Shown piece by piece: positions 24,101 through 37,650 of a DNA stretch of 64,000 nt. This DNA is from Sphagnum compactum (taxonomy: Eukaryota), in the NCBI GenBank assembly GCA_965153455.1, contig OZ234493.1:18466213-18530212 (forward strand), given 5' to 3'. Each line of letters starts with the position of its first letter. Position 1 is the stretch's first letter. Under the pieces are notes generated by a model. The model did no database searches and was not told the origin of the DNA. It saw nothing but the letters and a program-made list of their open reading frames with translations. The translations under genes were made by a program, and so were the position numbers.

Positions 24101-27098
24101 CAACCAAAAAAATATTTTACTTAAATAAATTACAATTATGTAATTAAAATGTGAAGTTCATTTATTATGAACCTACATAATTAAATAATGATATGAATAT
24201 GCATAAGATTTGAAATATACATGTTTAAATTTATGTGATGACATAATATATCACAAGTTGAAGTATTGGTTAAATGGTTAAGGAGTTGGTTTGTGGCCAT
24301 GGATGTGAAGGTTCAATTTCCTCTAACAACATTAAAAAAATGATCCTAAATGACTACAATATGACTACATGGTGTTGTAAATGACTATAACATGACTACA
24401 TGTGTCCTAAATGACAATAAAATGACTACATATTTTTATTTATCCATGTGGAGAATACACATAATTGTTTTGGACACAATTTGACACATGTCATGTTGAG
24501 TTGTTTAAACAAGCTATTTGGCACAACTTTAGTGACCATAGTCATATAATCTAAAATGATTATAAGTCTAGTTGTAAACATAATTGTTTTTCTTTAAAAT
24601 CCTACTAGTGGAAATAATTTGTGTTTATTTTCCCCAACATTTCATTCATAAAGATGGTAATGTTCAGGGACCATATTTTCACCCTTTTACATAAATGCAC
24701 AATGAAAATGACAAGATGTTTTGTGCACATATTTGATTGAACCAACATGAGTGCATAGAGGCATTCCCAATTCAACATTGGTGGAATAAACTACTTAAGC
24801 ATATAAGTTGTTGAAGCTATTGAAACATCCCACATCATTTGTGAAAAGCTAATAAACTAATGTTGCAATAATGTTGATACTTAGATTATTACAAGTTTAA
24901 AGGCTAGTTAAATTGCAATAGTTAGCAATTATTTTAACATCACAAGGTAGCATGTTTTGAACAATGGGCAACAAATTTTGCGCAATGATGCACATTTAAT
25001 CATTAGTTACACTTTGTCACAAATTTTACGACCACAACAATGTCATTTTGAACAACCACATGTTTGATCCAAGTTTTGTTACCATATGTGTTTGAAAACA
25101 TTTATTGCCAATTTAGGCTATTAATAAAAATTGATATGGGGGGCCTAGTTTATAAATAAATATCCATGCCATTGTATATGGGCTTCCTATCTACCCATTT
25201 TAGGTGTCTATGCATTTAAAATTAGAAAATGTGTGAATAATTTAATGATGAACCAAAAATGAATATTCCACTTCTATTTCACAAAATTGCATTTTCTTAT
25301 CCAATCATATTTTTTTCATCAAAGCATCGCATGATTTCTATGTTTTTCATCTAAACTATCCATATGCATTTAAGGTTTGGTTACTTTAATAAGTTTTTTA
25401 AAAGTGATCAAATGGACACATTGGTTGTTAATTTTCAAGATTTCATAACATCCATAAGAATATAAACCAAAATAAATATTTTAAAAACATGTTCATTCAG
25501 GATTTGTTTTTTGAAAAATAAAAAGAAAATCATTTCAAAAGGATTTTTGAAAATAAGGTTCAATTTTGACCATTCAAAAGTCCATAACTATCATCTATTA
25601 AAGTTTTTAAAAAAGATTTCACACCTAGTTTTATTATTTCTTAATTTTGATATGATTAGATTTCATTTTTCAAGCATACTTAATCATTATAAACAATTTG
25701 AAGTGGAATTTAATATGAATTCTTTAATTTATTAACAATCTAATTGCTCAACTAGTTCATATTTTTAAATTTCAAAAGTCGATCACTAATAGTGAATGCA
25801 TAATTTTCAAAATAAAGTCTAAATATAAACATGTTCATAATCATCATGTTAATTTATGATTACTTTTTAATTAACAAATTCAAATTATATTATTCATAGA
25901 AGCATTTAAACACAATGCAACTTGCAAAAATAACCATTGTGAGAACAAAATTGACCCATTCAATTATGCATTCATCTTAAATTAATGAATGTATTTTCAA
26001 ATACAACATTTAAGTTGATCAAAAGATTCTTTGATTATTTTTGTATACACCTTTATAAAATGGTCAAGTAACATTCTCTAAGTATTTTTCAAGAATCTTA
26101 ACTTATTTATGCCAACTTCAAAAAACATGAAACAATTTTCCAAGGTTTTTTGTGCAATTATTTGTAAGTGATCGATGGTTAAATGATTATCAATGTGGGG
26201 TAGTTCTCACAAATAAGGTTGGTCTTCAAGCTAGTTATTAGTATGATTCTTTGAATGAGAATTGGCTCCCAAGAACTATCCAAGGTATCATAAGGATCCT
26301 ATTTTGATATCTAGGGTGGTTATGGGGTGGACCATTGGATTTTGTTGTCCATCTTCTAGAGTTGTTTTTGTGCCATTATCTATAAGTCATGGCTGGTACA
26401 TGATTACTAGTGTTGGGCTCTTCTCACAAACATGGTCAATTCTCAGGCTGACTAGCAGGTTAGTACTTTCAATGAAAACTAGTGACTCTGGTTGAATATG
26501 TGAAAACTAATTCCATGAGAACCACTTATGTGAAAACTTGTTCAATGAGAACTACCTAAGGTATCATATGGCCTCAATTCTAATACTTGAAGTGGTTATG
26601 GGGTTGACCACTAGTCCAGTTCTCACCCTACTAGGGCGTAAGTTTTTTTGTAGGATGAGAAGACAGGCATAGCCTTGTAAAATGAGAAATTGAACCCAAG
26701 ACCTTCTTGAGGTCAAAGGATTCATTTATTATTAAGCTCCACCTTTATTTAGTGGAGGTAGGCCTGAGGGCTCAAAACGCAATCTGAAATTTGTGTAACA
26801 TACAACATGACACTTTTATTTAAAATTTGAATGTGAGAATTTGAATGGGCACATGTGTTGATAAATAAAAAATAAAAAATTTCTTAGCACACATGAGATT
26901 GTAGAGTCATGGTAAAAATTATTACCCCTCCCTTAAAGGTCCTGAGATTCAAACCCTTTTGAAATGAAAATGAGCCAAAAACCAGTTTTTACTGAGATCC
27001 AAGGGTTATGTTCTTCTGGATTTTTGGAAACTAGTTAGTTCTCTACAACTGGGGAAAAAGATTCATAGACAGTTGAGGTGATTCTTAATTAAAACTTA

Positions 27099-27552
27099 CT
27101 AGTGTGAACCCGATGCGTAATGCACCCGTCAAGCTCCCCCCGCCCGGGTGGGTATTAGAGATATCCACAAATTCACCATCTTTGGGCCTCCTTTCGCCCC
27201 CTAACCCCTCTTTTAGTGGTATCCGTAAAGTAAGGAAATTTTATTAAATCTCAATATGGAATGCTGAAACTCAGTACGAAATGCTGAATCTCAGCATTTA
27301 ATGCACAAGGTTCGAGAGGTTTATAGCAGCTGGACAGGTAGGAGCAGTGAAAATTTATGTAGTAACAGTGGAGCGGCTCAAGAAAAAAGAAAGACAGGGT
27401 GAAGCTCAGAAAACCGCCCGTGCTGGCCGCCCCCCCCCTGGCCCCCCCCGCCCCGTCACCTGTCACCCACTCCTTCACCAGGCATCTCCCTCCCCCACCC
27501 CCCAAAACCTCCGTCACAGACACAGAGACTTACTGAATTAATATATATATGA
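27099..27552 (-). mobile_element. Non-autonomous Helitron
   Basis: On the minus strand the 5' end is A|TCATATATATATTAATTC. The 3' end is GACGGGTGC-ATTAC-GCATCGGGTTCACACTAG|T, a short hairpin followed by CTAG. Confidence 0.75.
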
Positions 27553-27689
27553 TTCCAAGAACTGGAACTGGCAATTCTCAAAAAAACTCTACAACCATTC
27601 AGCACCCCACCTTAGAGTGTCATGATTCATGTGGCCACTAATATTCACTGTTCATCACTAGTCAGGTATCATACAAAAAGTTCAGCAGT

Positions 27690-30600
27690 TTGTCACTCTT
27701 ACCATTTTTTGGGTGGACAATACAGTTATCGGTAAAGGAAGACAAACAAAGCACCAAAACCCTGAGTTTGAGTTTGGTCATACACAGGGTGAGATTCCCA
27801 AAAAACCTGCAAAAAAGTAGATTAGCATTCAAGGGGGCAGGGGGGGACGGGGGTGAAACTCAGAAAACCATCAATTTTAGTGGTAAACTGAGTTTCAGTC
27901 TGTCTTTCCTTTTTCCTGAGCGCTTCCACTGCTGCTGCATATATTTTCACTGCATTTACCTGTACAACTTAGTCTCGAACCTTGTGCATTAAATGCTCAG
28001 TTTCAGCCTTTTTTACCGAGTTGCAGCATTTCGTACTGAGATTTAATAAAATATCCTTACTTTGCGGATACCACTGACAGAGGGGATGGGGGGTGGAACG
28101 AGCCCAAAGAGAGGGTGAAGGACAGGGTTACTTTACAGATGACTGGTACAAATTTTAATTCATCACATGCTGGAAATGTTGGATGTCCAGCTAAATTAAA
28201 TGGGTCTGCAATTGCTCATGTCTTCTCTTAAAAATCGTTGGGTCTGGGCATGTTGCATTGTGAAGTAAGTTAGCTTGGGTATGATAGTGCTTTCCAAAGG
28301 ACTAAAAATTGTATTGTAATGGATTGTTCTCCAAAGAAAAAGATGCTGATAACAGACAAGAAAGAACTGTTCTTCAAGGCAAGTTGATCATGGTGTGAAT
28401 ATATTGTATGAAACCCACATGGATCTGCAAGCAGATGTCCTGTAGGAGTAAGACTTGGGGAGGCAGGGAGTGTGGCCCTTTTTTACCGTCAAGACAAGTT
28501 GGTGTTCATAATATTTGAGTCAAATAGTGAGAGTTTGATAACTTTTCCCTCAGTGGTTGCTCCAAAAGTGAAGTCGCCTCATTGGCTTACTATATCTGCT
28601 AGCTTGGGACCTTCTGATTTCTAACTACAGGAGCCAAATTTGTCCATACTTAAAAAAGAATCCATCCTAAGCTGGATAACATCATAAGCCTGGGGGAATT
28701 AACATCTTGACACCTTTAACATAGACTTCCACATCCCCTATACCCCCCCACCACCCCTACAGGAGGGTAATTGCCAATGTAGTTTCCTCTACCCAACTTT
28801 GTCCTAAAGGTTTGTCCTTAGTTTGTAGTCTGGAGTGGGAATGAAATATTCTTCTGAACATGACAACCTTGGCTGAAAATTGAACTTCAATATGGGGGCT
28901 GTCCCCAAGCATAATTTCCTGCCCCAGGCTTCAAATGATTTTGAATATTTCCAATGTTGGCAATGTTCCCCAATTTGCAATGTTACACCTAGGGTTCAAA
29001 TTCGTGTGGCCCAAACCGGAACTCCCATCTTTTTGGTGAAATCGCATAAGAATTGAACAATAGAACTAGCCTTTTGTTGGCTTTGTTCTACATGTCTTAT
29101 AGAGGCATTATCATGGGAACTTACTTTGAGGGGGGTATAAAGGATAGAGAATCAAAAGTTGACTTAATGAATAAGGTTATAAGTTTAGGTGCAGGTTTGA
29201 AGATTCCCAAGACATATTGCTCTTCAAGAAAAGCCTTCCTTAATATATAACACATAAAAGCATGCCCTTAAAGTTAAATGTGAAAGCCAACTCATGGATA
29301 TATGTAATTGTGGAGTTTCCATCGTGGTTAATTGGAATTTAAAACATTCAAGCACTATGCTAAAATTGCAAGCACAACAGACAACACCCCCAAAAAAAAA
29401 AAACAAACTGTGTATTAACAAAATTAACCAAACACAAATGGGTTTGCATTGCAAGTTCAAAAATCCAAAGATGAAATCCTTCAACTTAAAACTTTTTTTT
29501 GACTTAACATAAATGATGACTAACAATCTATGGAATCACATTAGAAGTTTTTTTTTTTTGGGTTGCAACCAATCAATTTGTGTTTACATACAACTAGTTG
29601 TGATTTTATAAATATATTGGATCATTTTACAATTACAAATTTTATCACATCAAACCTTTTCGCCCCTATACAATCATGTATTGCAACTAATGATGTATGT
29701 TGCCTACCACATGAATCATTCTTTGCTTTCTTTGAAATCCAAATGAACCCATTAAACTCCCTTTTACTCACATGTTTGGCCACCTCATGGTGACCAATGT
29801 GACATGAACCTATTACACCCATCTACCCTACCTAGTTAGGCTGTACATCCTTCTAAACATGGTAGGTATTGTGCAGTGTTCAATTGGAGATAAGTCTGTT
29901 TGTTTGTAGGATGGAAATTGTTGGCACAAAGGTCACAAAGTGTATGGTTTGTTCTTTTTCCAATACATTGACCCCCTCACATCCAGATGGCATGTCTTCC
30001 TTATTCCTTGACTAATTCACGGCAACATTAGAAATGCTAGGTGAAGGGTTACAAATGTGCTTTAAGTTACAGAAGCAAAGGAGGTGTGTATGGGTTTTGA
30101 CCTCCTCGGAGCCACTAAGTGTTCAGTCATGGACATACTTTTGAAATTTGACCTTGTGGATTGCTGCATGCATACTGGACAGTGGAAATGTGTTTTGTAA
30201 TGGCTACGATATTAAGCAATTTCAAACACATTTTCCAAATTCCTAAATTAATGTGGCCTACATGGACTTAAATAATCTGTTTCTTGTCCAGGGGTGTAGA
30301 ACATGTTTGCTTTCTTTCTCTTACAGGGGTGGTGTTATCGAGGGAAATATGTGCAATGGATGGTCTTGAATGGACTGACAGTCCTTACTTCCTTCAGGAA
30401 GACCCTTTGCCTGGGCCTCGGTACTAATCGGTGCGCACCAACCCCTCCTTTCTGGCATGTCGGTCGCCCCACTTGAGGGACCCTGCGCAGGTACTGCACA
30501 CCAGTCCCTTACCCTGTGGACAGTGTGGAGTGTATGGTGCAATAAAGTGCTCTGCAGGGTTAATTTCTGCACAACTCTTCACCTCTGAGATGTCAAATTT

Positions 30601-31465
30601 GAGTGAAAAAGGTAAAGTTATAACCTGTTGAAAGAGACAATTAAATCGTTTTGAACCCTTAAACGATAGACGGTACAAATGTTCATCCTCTAAAAACAGT
30701 GAGGGCCAATTTAAGTGAGAAAAGCAATTTAGGATAAAATAGCTCAACACCAAACACATACTTATCATCGAACAATTTTTAATATTTCCTCATTTCTTAA
30801 CCAAATTGAGCGATTTTTGTGTCATTAGACACTCAAACTGGACCACTACAAATGTTCTTTGAGCATCATAAATAAAAGAGCAATGCAGAAAACATAAGAA
30901 GAAGAGGAGTGATAGTTTGTTTCAAATAAATGAAAAAAATAGCTTTGGACCTCTCTCTAGTTCTAACCCCATACTTCCAAACACTCCATATCATCACCAT
31001 TCCTTTCCCAAATGCTCCCTTTCCCAAATGGAGCATTTTTTTTGGGTTGGAAGCATTAGGTGGAGGGCTACAAATGTTCTTTCAGTTTCAAAAGCAGAGC
31101 AACAATGTGTGAGGATTCGATCTCCTTCGAGTAAGTGTTCACTCATCGACCTATCCACCCTAGTACTTTTTTTTCTGTAAAGTTTTTTTACTCATGTATT
31201 ATTTATAGACAACTTTATTGTAAGCTACAACATTTGATGGTGCTTCAAATGTGAAATTTATTATTTAATTGTTGAATCTCTCAGTGTACATTGCTTGTAA
31301 GCGTGTGCCCACCCCTTCTTTATTTAATTGTGAAATATATTGTTTATTAGGCTGGTATCTCCCTTCTCTAAACTTCGATGCACATTGAGTTGGTAGGGGA
31401 AATAAACCAAAAGAATAAACTAACCTTAACTTTGACCCATTCTCACGAAAGGAGTAAGATAATTA
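27690..31465 (+). repeat. Segmental duplication, copy B
   Basis: Same blocks as copy A, for example catgctggaaatgttggat(a/g)tccagctaaattaaatgggtct and aaagcatgcccttaaagttaaatgtga. Confidence 0.85.
27723..28145. mobile_element. Non-autonomous TIR element (possibly hAT-like)
   Basis: TIRs are CAGTTATCGGTAAAG and (reverse complement) CAGTCATCTGTAAAG. The element is absent from the paralogous site at about 33-51. Flanks ggacaata and gtacaaat may be a decayed 8-bp TSD (5/8). Confidence 0.7.
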
Positions 31466-31981
31466 AACCTAGTTGTTCACTCTTGGCACCTGGAGTGGAT
31501 GTTGGCCTAAACAAATTTAGGTGATATGCTGATGGAGCATGCACCCAAGAGGCCTGCTTTTCTTTTCCCTCCTGTGCAACTTTAAAACGCTATATACATC
31601 AAAGATTCATTGTATGACTTCAATTCTTTTTGGTTTTTCCTTTCAATTGATGGGTTCAATTTTTCCTTTTTGTTCAGTCAAATAAATTGGATGCCCTATG
31701 CAAAGTCATAACAACTAAGGAATCAGCAAGATTTCTTTTCATTACCCCCTTAAATTGACACTTGACAAATATATTAGACAACACGTTGGATTTGGTGAGA
31801 AGGGCATCTCATATTGCTTTCTATACCCAAAGCCTAATGGGTTTATAGTGGGTCCGAAAATGCTGTATTGGGGTACATTATTGAAAGTGAAACACCAATA
31901 TTGAGAAATCTGGCCAATTTATGATGATGCTTGGGACTCCAGTTTAGGAAGGGATCTCGCACATAAGACTCTCTCATGACT

Positions 31982-32769
31982 TGGGCACATGCACATCTCA
32001 GCCCCCACTTTGCCCTCAACTTTTGCCCTCACTTTGCTCCCAAAACTTCAGAAAAGGGCAAAAGTGGCACATCCTTTTTTGAGCACATGTTGACAGTTTC
32101 AATCACTGCCAATTTAGGCAGAGATAAATACTGCGCTTGTTAATTTAGAAAAGATAAATATAAGAACTCTTTTTATCATATTAGGGTTTAACCGACATTC
32201 ATATTTAGGATTTTGTTTGTTGTTTGGGTTTTAGCATTTTGAGCTCTTAACAAAAATTGATTAAGAACCCTAACTTTAATACATAATTTTTATATTAGAG
32301 TTACACTTATATATTACATTTTATATCATACAAAGACAAATTCAAAAAAGCTAAAACAAAAAATCATTTCAAAACAACCATAGTATATACACATATAAAA
32401 AAATTATAAATTCAAAAAACGAAATCCAAGAATTGGTGATAATAATTCAAATATCAAACACATACCAATGTAAGAAGTGTTGCTGGAGTTTCAAGTGTTA
32501 TAAAAAAAATGAGTTTTAAAACTGTGAAAAGTCTCAAAGACTGTCCTAGACAGTTGGTAATGTTTTTTACTGTGATAAAATTTTATAATAATTTAATTTT
32601 ACCATTATTATTGTACTTCTGTCACCTGAGCCGCAGCGGCTGCTGCAGCCTAGGCTGTTAGCTGGCGCCGTGAGACTTTACCTCCATGCCCAAGGGCGTC
32701 AGCGGTGGGCAAAATGGGAGGTTGCTATCAAAGCCCCCCATTTGCCCCTTTAAGCTGTGCATGTGCCCA
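31982..32769. mobile_element. Non-autonomous TIR element (MITE-like)
   Basis: Perfect 14-bp inverted ends TGGGCACATGCACA and TGTGCATGTGCCCA, subterminal tttgccc/gggcaaa motifs, and an AT-rich core. No clear TSD. Confidence 0.6.
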
Positions 32770-33319
32770 GCCTAGAAGTCTTCATCATTATGGAAGTGTG
32801 GAGTATGGTTTGGCAGCTTTGCAGCACCGTCGTTGTCAAGTACACCTCTTGCACCCTGCACCCTTCCTTCTCCTGCATCCTTATAGACTTATTTTGAGTT
32901 TTGTTAACATAAACATGTTTAGGGCTGAGATATAAGTACTAATTTTGAGAGCGTTGAGGGTGGTGTAAGCTCTGAAAGCCAATGTCTTTGTAGACACAAT
33001 TCGTAAGTTCTGTGAAAAATTACAGATTTTGCGAAAATTTGGTAAATGCTTGAGGACCCTTCATGCTGTCCAGTCTCTAGCTCATATTATTATTGAAAAT
33101 TTCGGTATTTTTCTGGAAGCTAGGCCAGGAAAGGTAGGGTGCACCATTACTCTTGATTGGTGGGAAACTAAAAAAAAATTGTTCTAGACTCTTGATGTTT
33201 TTTTTTTGTTGGCGGTTGGTAATGTTTACTCTCAACAGCATGGAGACCAAGAAGAGCACTGAATGGAAATGCAGTGGTGTTTTATGGCGTTGAAATTTTT
33301 GTGTCATTTTCCTTTATTT

Positions 33320-34348
33320 GGGATGTGTGTGTTGATGCTGGACACAGGATCACTATGTGGCAAGGGAGCTGCTAAGTGAAGTGCAATCAACGGAAATCTC
33401 GCGGTGGAGCGGTAGAAAGATGAGTAGCAAAGCAAATAAGTAGTGTGGTTTTGGTTTTTGGAGGCAGAGTAGAGTTTTTCAAGAAGTGGGATTATATCTC
33501 AGTCTCCAACTGAAGTACAAGAAAATCTATTGCGTAATGTAATTAAGGAGGTAGAAATTCAGTCTAAAGGTTGGTTTTGAGGGTTAATAAGGGGAATGAT
33601 GAAAAGTTTAGAGGTCTCGAGAGCGGCAAGAAATTCTTCTCAAAGTGTGTGTTTTGGGTTGATTTGTACAAGGCTGTTGTTGGATTGCATTTCATGAAAA
33701 AAAACCCAAATTATTGGGAACTTCGAAGAACTGCAACAATCCATTGATGTTACAGAGTGGATCATATGAAGGAGGGTTGTGGTTCTTTGTAAGACTTACG
33801 AGGCAATCATTGGGGGAGTTGATGTGTGTTGTTTTCTTGTTTCCATATTTTGTCAGATTAAGGGATGGTGTCACGAACACTAGATTATGTAGTCTGTTTG
33901 GGCTGAGGGATCTATGTTACCAAATGTAAATAAGAACTTGGGTTCTTGTGGTAGTTCAATGTAGTTCTGGGTTCATGTGGTCTGAAGATTTTGAGAAGAA
34001 AAAGGAAGGCCAGTGGACTCAAGAAAGAGAGATCAGAACAATCTGACCCCTTAAAAACCTGAAGCCTCTTTTTGATGAAGAAGGTAGTGACTTAAGTGGT
34101 TACATGACAAAACTTAGGTGGCCATTGGTTCATGCCAATGGGAAACTCTGAGAATGTATTTACCATTCAATATATGTGTGATCTGTGTTCTAATTGTTAT
34201 GTGCACTAGTGTTTTTTGTCACACTTTCACCTATAAAAAGGTGTAAGATTCTTCCCATCTTGGAGTAGGTACAATATTCCTCCTATTTTCTTGAGGGGAT
34301 ATCAATGCATGCAAGGTGCCCCTCCCTCCAAAGTTCAAATGCATTAAG
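33320..34348 (+). mobile_element. Solo LTR-like unit, circularly permuted relative to 45343-46409
   Basis: About 33320-34210 aligns with about 45467-46398, and 34224-34348 aligns with 45343-45467. Confidence 0.75.
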
Positions 34349-36769
34349 AAATTTTTGGAAGTGCTTTATGTGTATGGTAAAATCCTTGGAGCAAGACATT
34401 TAGGCCTTGGACCCCAAAAGATGGGACCTATTAGATGTGGGGTGCCAAATTTCATCTTTTTGAAAGGAAATGCACTGGAAGTACTATGAGTGGCATAGCA
34501 AATTCCAATGCCAACAACATCAGTGTAAAAAATCACTTCTAATTTAACTGATGACTTTGCAATAAACAAATGTTAATTGTGTGTTCACATGTTAATTGCA
34601 TGAAGGCATCTATGTCATCTTTCCAGCAAGAACTAGTGGTGCCTGGACCATTTTGCCAATGCTCCAAGGGAGACCATCTTCAAAGTTTTAAGGATATAAC
34701 TTTTCAAAAAATCTCTTCAAGGCTTTAAGAGATGTGATTTTTTTTAAAAATCAATTGCCAAAGAATTTTATTGATGATTCAATTGTGAACTTAAGACTCA
34801 TTGGGTCCATTCACAATTAAATTATAAAAAAGATTTTTTAATTTTAAAAGATTTTTTGGTTTTTTGGTTTTTTTTTGACATCATTATAATCATAATGAAT
34901 TGTAATTTGCCAATAGATAAATTATGTCATATTAAATTAATAAAAATATATTAAAAATTAGACATTATATTATTATTTTTGAGTTTTAAAACTTAATTAT
35001 ATTAAATGTTCAAATCAAGTAATTGTTTTTTGAACTTAATGAAAAATTTTCAAAAATAAATTATGTTATTGTGTACATTATTGAAAGAAATTTATGAATA
35101 ATTTTTTCAATTTTTTCATTTGGACAATTTATCAATAAGATATGAATTATCAAATTTGAAGTTTTGTGTAATGTTTAAATGAAGTATGGTCTAAATAGAA
35201 TAAAAATTAAATTATTTACACAACGAGGGAGGTGGCTTGGTGATAAAGGAGTTGAAATCCATCTTTGGAGTCCAAAGATCAAACTTCACAAATGGCATTA
35301 GTTGTGTTCAACATTGTAATATCCACTGAATATTTTCTACCTACCTAGATAACCTAGGTTAGATGGTTACATTAGGTAGATAAGGTGGTCTAATTAGTCA
35401 CTTAAATTAGGTTTTTAACCTAGCTTAGGTGGTGACACATGTTAACAATTTTAGAAGAAAAAATAATGAGATTAAAAATAATTTAAATATATCTTAGCTT
35501 CTTGATTGCTGAGCTATGTTCTGCCAAGAGCATCCTCCTGTTATGTTTGTTCCTGAGCTCAATCACCCACAAAACCTCCAATCCTCCAAATATGTCGCCT
35601 CCAACTCTCTTTTACTCTTTTAATTTAAGAATGAAGATCAATTTCAGAAAAACAGATATGGGCATTAGTAAAGATCAACAAGCATTTAAAGGGCCCATAT
35701 TACACAGCAACTTCCAACCATTCCAGATGCACCTCCCAATCTCCATTTTGATGTGTTGCAGGCATTTTTGTAGTAGTTGAAATCTAATCTCAGTTGTTGG
35801 CCTCTGATTGTAGAAGCCAAAACATCAACCCTTAAATTGCTTGATACACCAGACTTGGCCATTTTGAAATTTCAAGTGGGTACATATGTGCAGCAGTAAT
35901 TTATATGTTTTTCGATTATGTAATATTGGTTTTGTGAGGCTTTTCCAAAAGCTTTTATGCTATTCTGCTGATGGTTGTAGAAGTAAGACATCCAACCTTG
36001 GTTGGGACTTTAATCCCTAAAAGCTTGATAAGCCTAATATGGAAATTTTAGAATATTAAATGGGTGTGGACAATGGAAAAATTTATATAGATAATTTTTT
36101 TGATGATGCTAATCAGGCATTGCCAAATGGATTTGGATGAGGTTTGATAGGTTTGGGTAAAATAAATGCATGTATTGGGCTTCCAACCAGTCAAGCCTGC
36201 ATTCGAGATTGCACACCATTAGGGTGGTGGGTATTGAAGGTTGGGTGATGTTTGAAAACTGATTTATGAGTTGATATAGAACACACACCTTGATTGCCAT
36301 GGGTGCTCAAGATTAGCCTACTTTGGGGCGCCCCCCAGTTCTTGGTGTTTTGCAGTGAACCAGATAGCCCTATAAAATACTTTTGTGATTGGCAATGTTG
36401 ACAATTTGGGACTGGGCAGCTAAGAGTGATTTCCTTAACTGGTGGAGAAGACAAACCATAGAGAATTTGGACTCCTAAATCTCTTTGCATGAGGGCCGAC
36501 TCATGGTTAGACTCCTTATTTGAACAAGATGAGAAGGCCTTGGGCAAAGGAGCACCCAAACTAGTGCCATGGTAAAAACCCCAAAATTCACCTAAAATGC
36601 TTTGAAATATTATAAATATTACGTGCTTAGACTAAATTAGGTTCTCTGAGTCCAAAACTGCTTAACATTTCTTGGGTTCATTTGGCCACTAAGAGGCCTC
36701 ACTCCAAGAAGAAGGTGGAGGTACCAGTGTGGGTGCTGGTTCACCCTGGCCAGATGAGAAAGGGTGTAA

Positions 36770-37128
36770 GAGCATCTCTAGCGGTGGTCAGTATGTGATC
36801 CTGCACAGTAAAAATGGATGAAGAAAATTCAACATATGCCGGTTCAATTCAGGAAAATGGTTTTGGCTCAGCATAATTGCTCACGTTGCCGTGGCTGGTA
36901 AAAGGCTCAGCAGTGCTGTGCACCTGCAAAAAAGAGTATAGTAAATATGATCTAACTGCTACTCAGTGTTTCTGATTCGCCCATCATAATGATTGGTCCA
37001 GGTGGTGTGTTATTAGTAGGCCCCCAGCTTTTTGCTGTCCCCGTTTCAGTTTTATTGGTGGGGTTGCAAAAGGGAAATGTGAAAAATATTTTCGCAGGGT
37101 CACATACTGAGCACCGCTGGAGATGCTT
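36770..37128. mobile_element. Tourist-like (PIF/Harbinger) MITE, complete
   Basis: TIRs of about 35 bp begin GAGCATCTC(T/C)AGCGGTG(G/C)TCAGTATGTGA. TAA flanks both ends (36767-36769 and 37129-37131). Confidence 0.9.
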
Positions 37129-37650
37129 TAAATGCAATCCACAAAACCTGGCCAAATTTTGGTGGGGGAAAATTCCCAAAATAAGGGGGCCATGACATAA
37201 TGGGCCAATAGGTATGTGAGTTTGGTGACTGGTCCATCTGACAGGGCAGTACTGGGAAATAATAGTGGATAGATTGTAATGCCCAGATTTTGATGTCCTT
37301 CCAAAGTGCTTATTGATTGTGCCAAGTGGCTTGGTATGCTAGTTCTTAGCCTCTTGTATAGCTCAAAATATGCTTTAGAATGATGGAACCCTGGTAAACT
37401 CCATTAAACTAAACACCGAGGAAAGCGAGGGAAGGAAGAACAATGAGAGAGGACTCAAGTCTGGCCAGAAGAGGAAAACCCAAAGTGGGTCACAAACTTT
37501 TAAAATGTGATTGAAAGTTAGGAGATACTTCGTGCCCACTTTTCCAAGGTGTATACAATTCCTTGTATAGCTGAATCTGTTTTGAAACATTGAAAGAACC
37601 AAACATAAGGACTAGAACCAAAGGTATTAAGGGTACTTCGTGCCCACTTC

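Noticed and set aside
24600..25210. Possible MULE SWIM-finger relic on the minus strand (WECLYALMLVQSNMCTKHL)
   Set aside because: It is too degenerate, and one weak motif is not enough.
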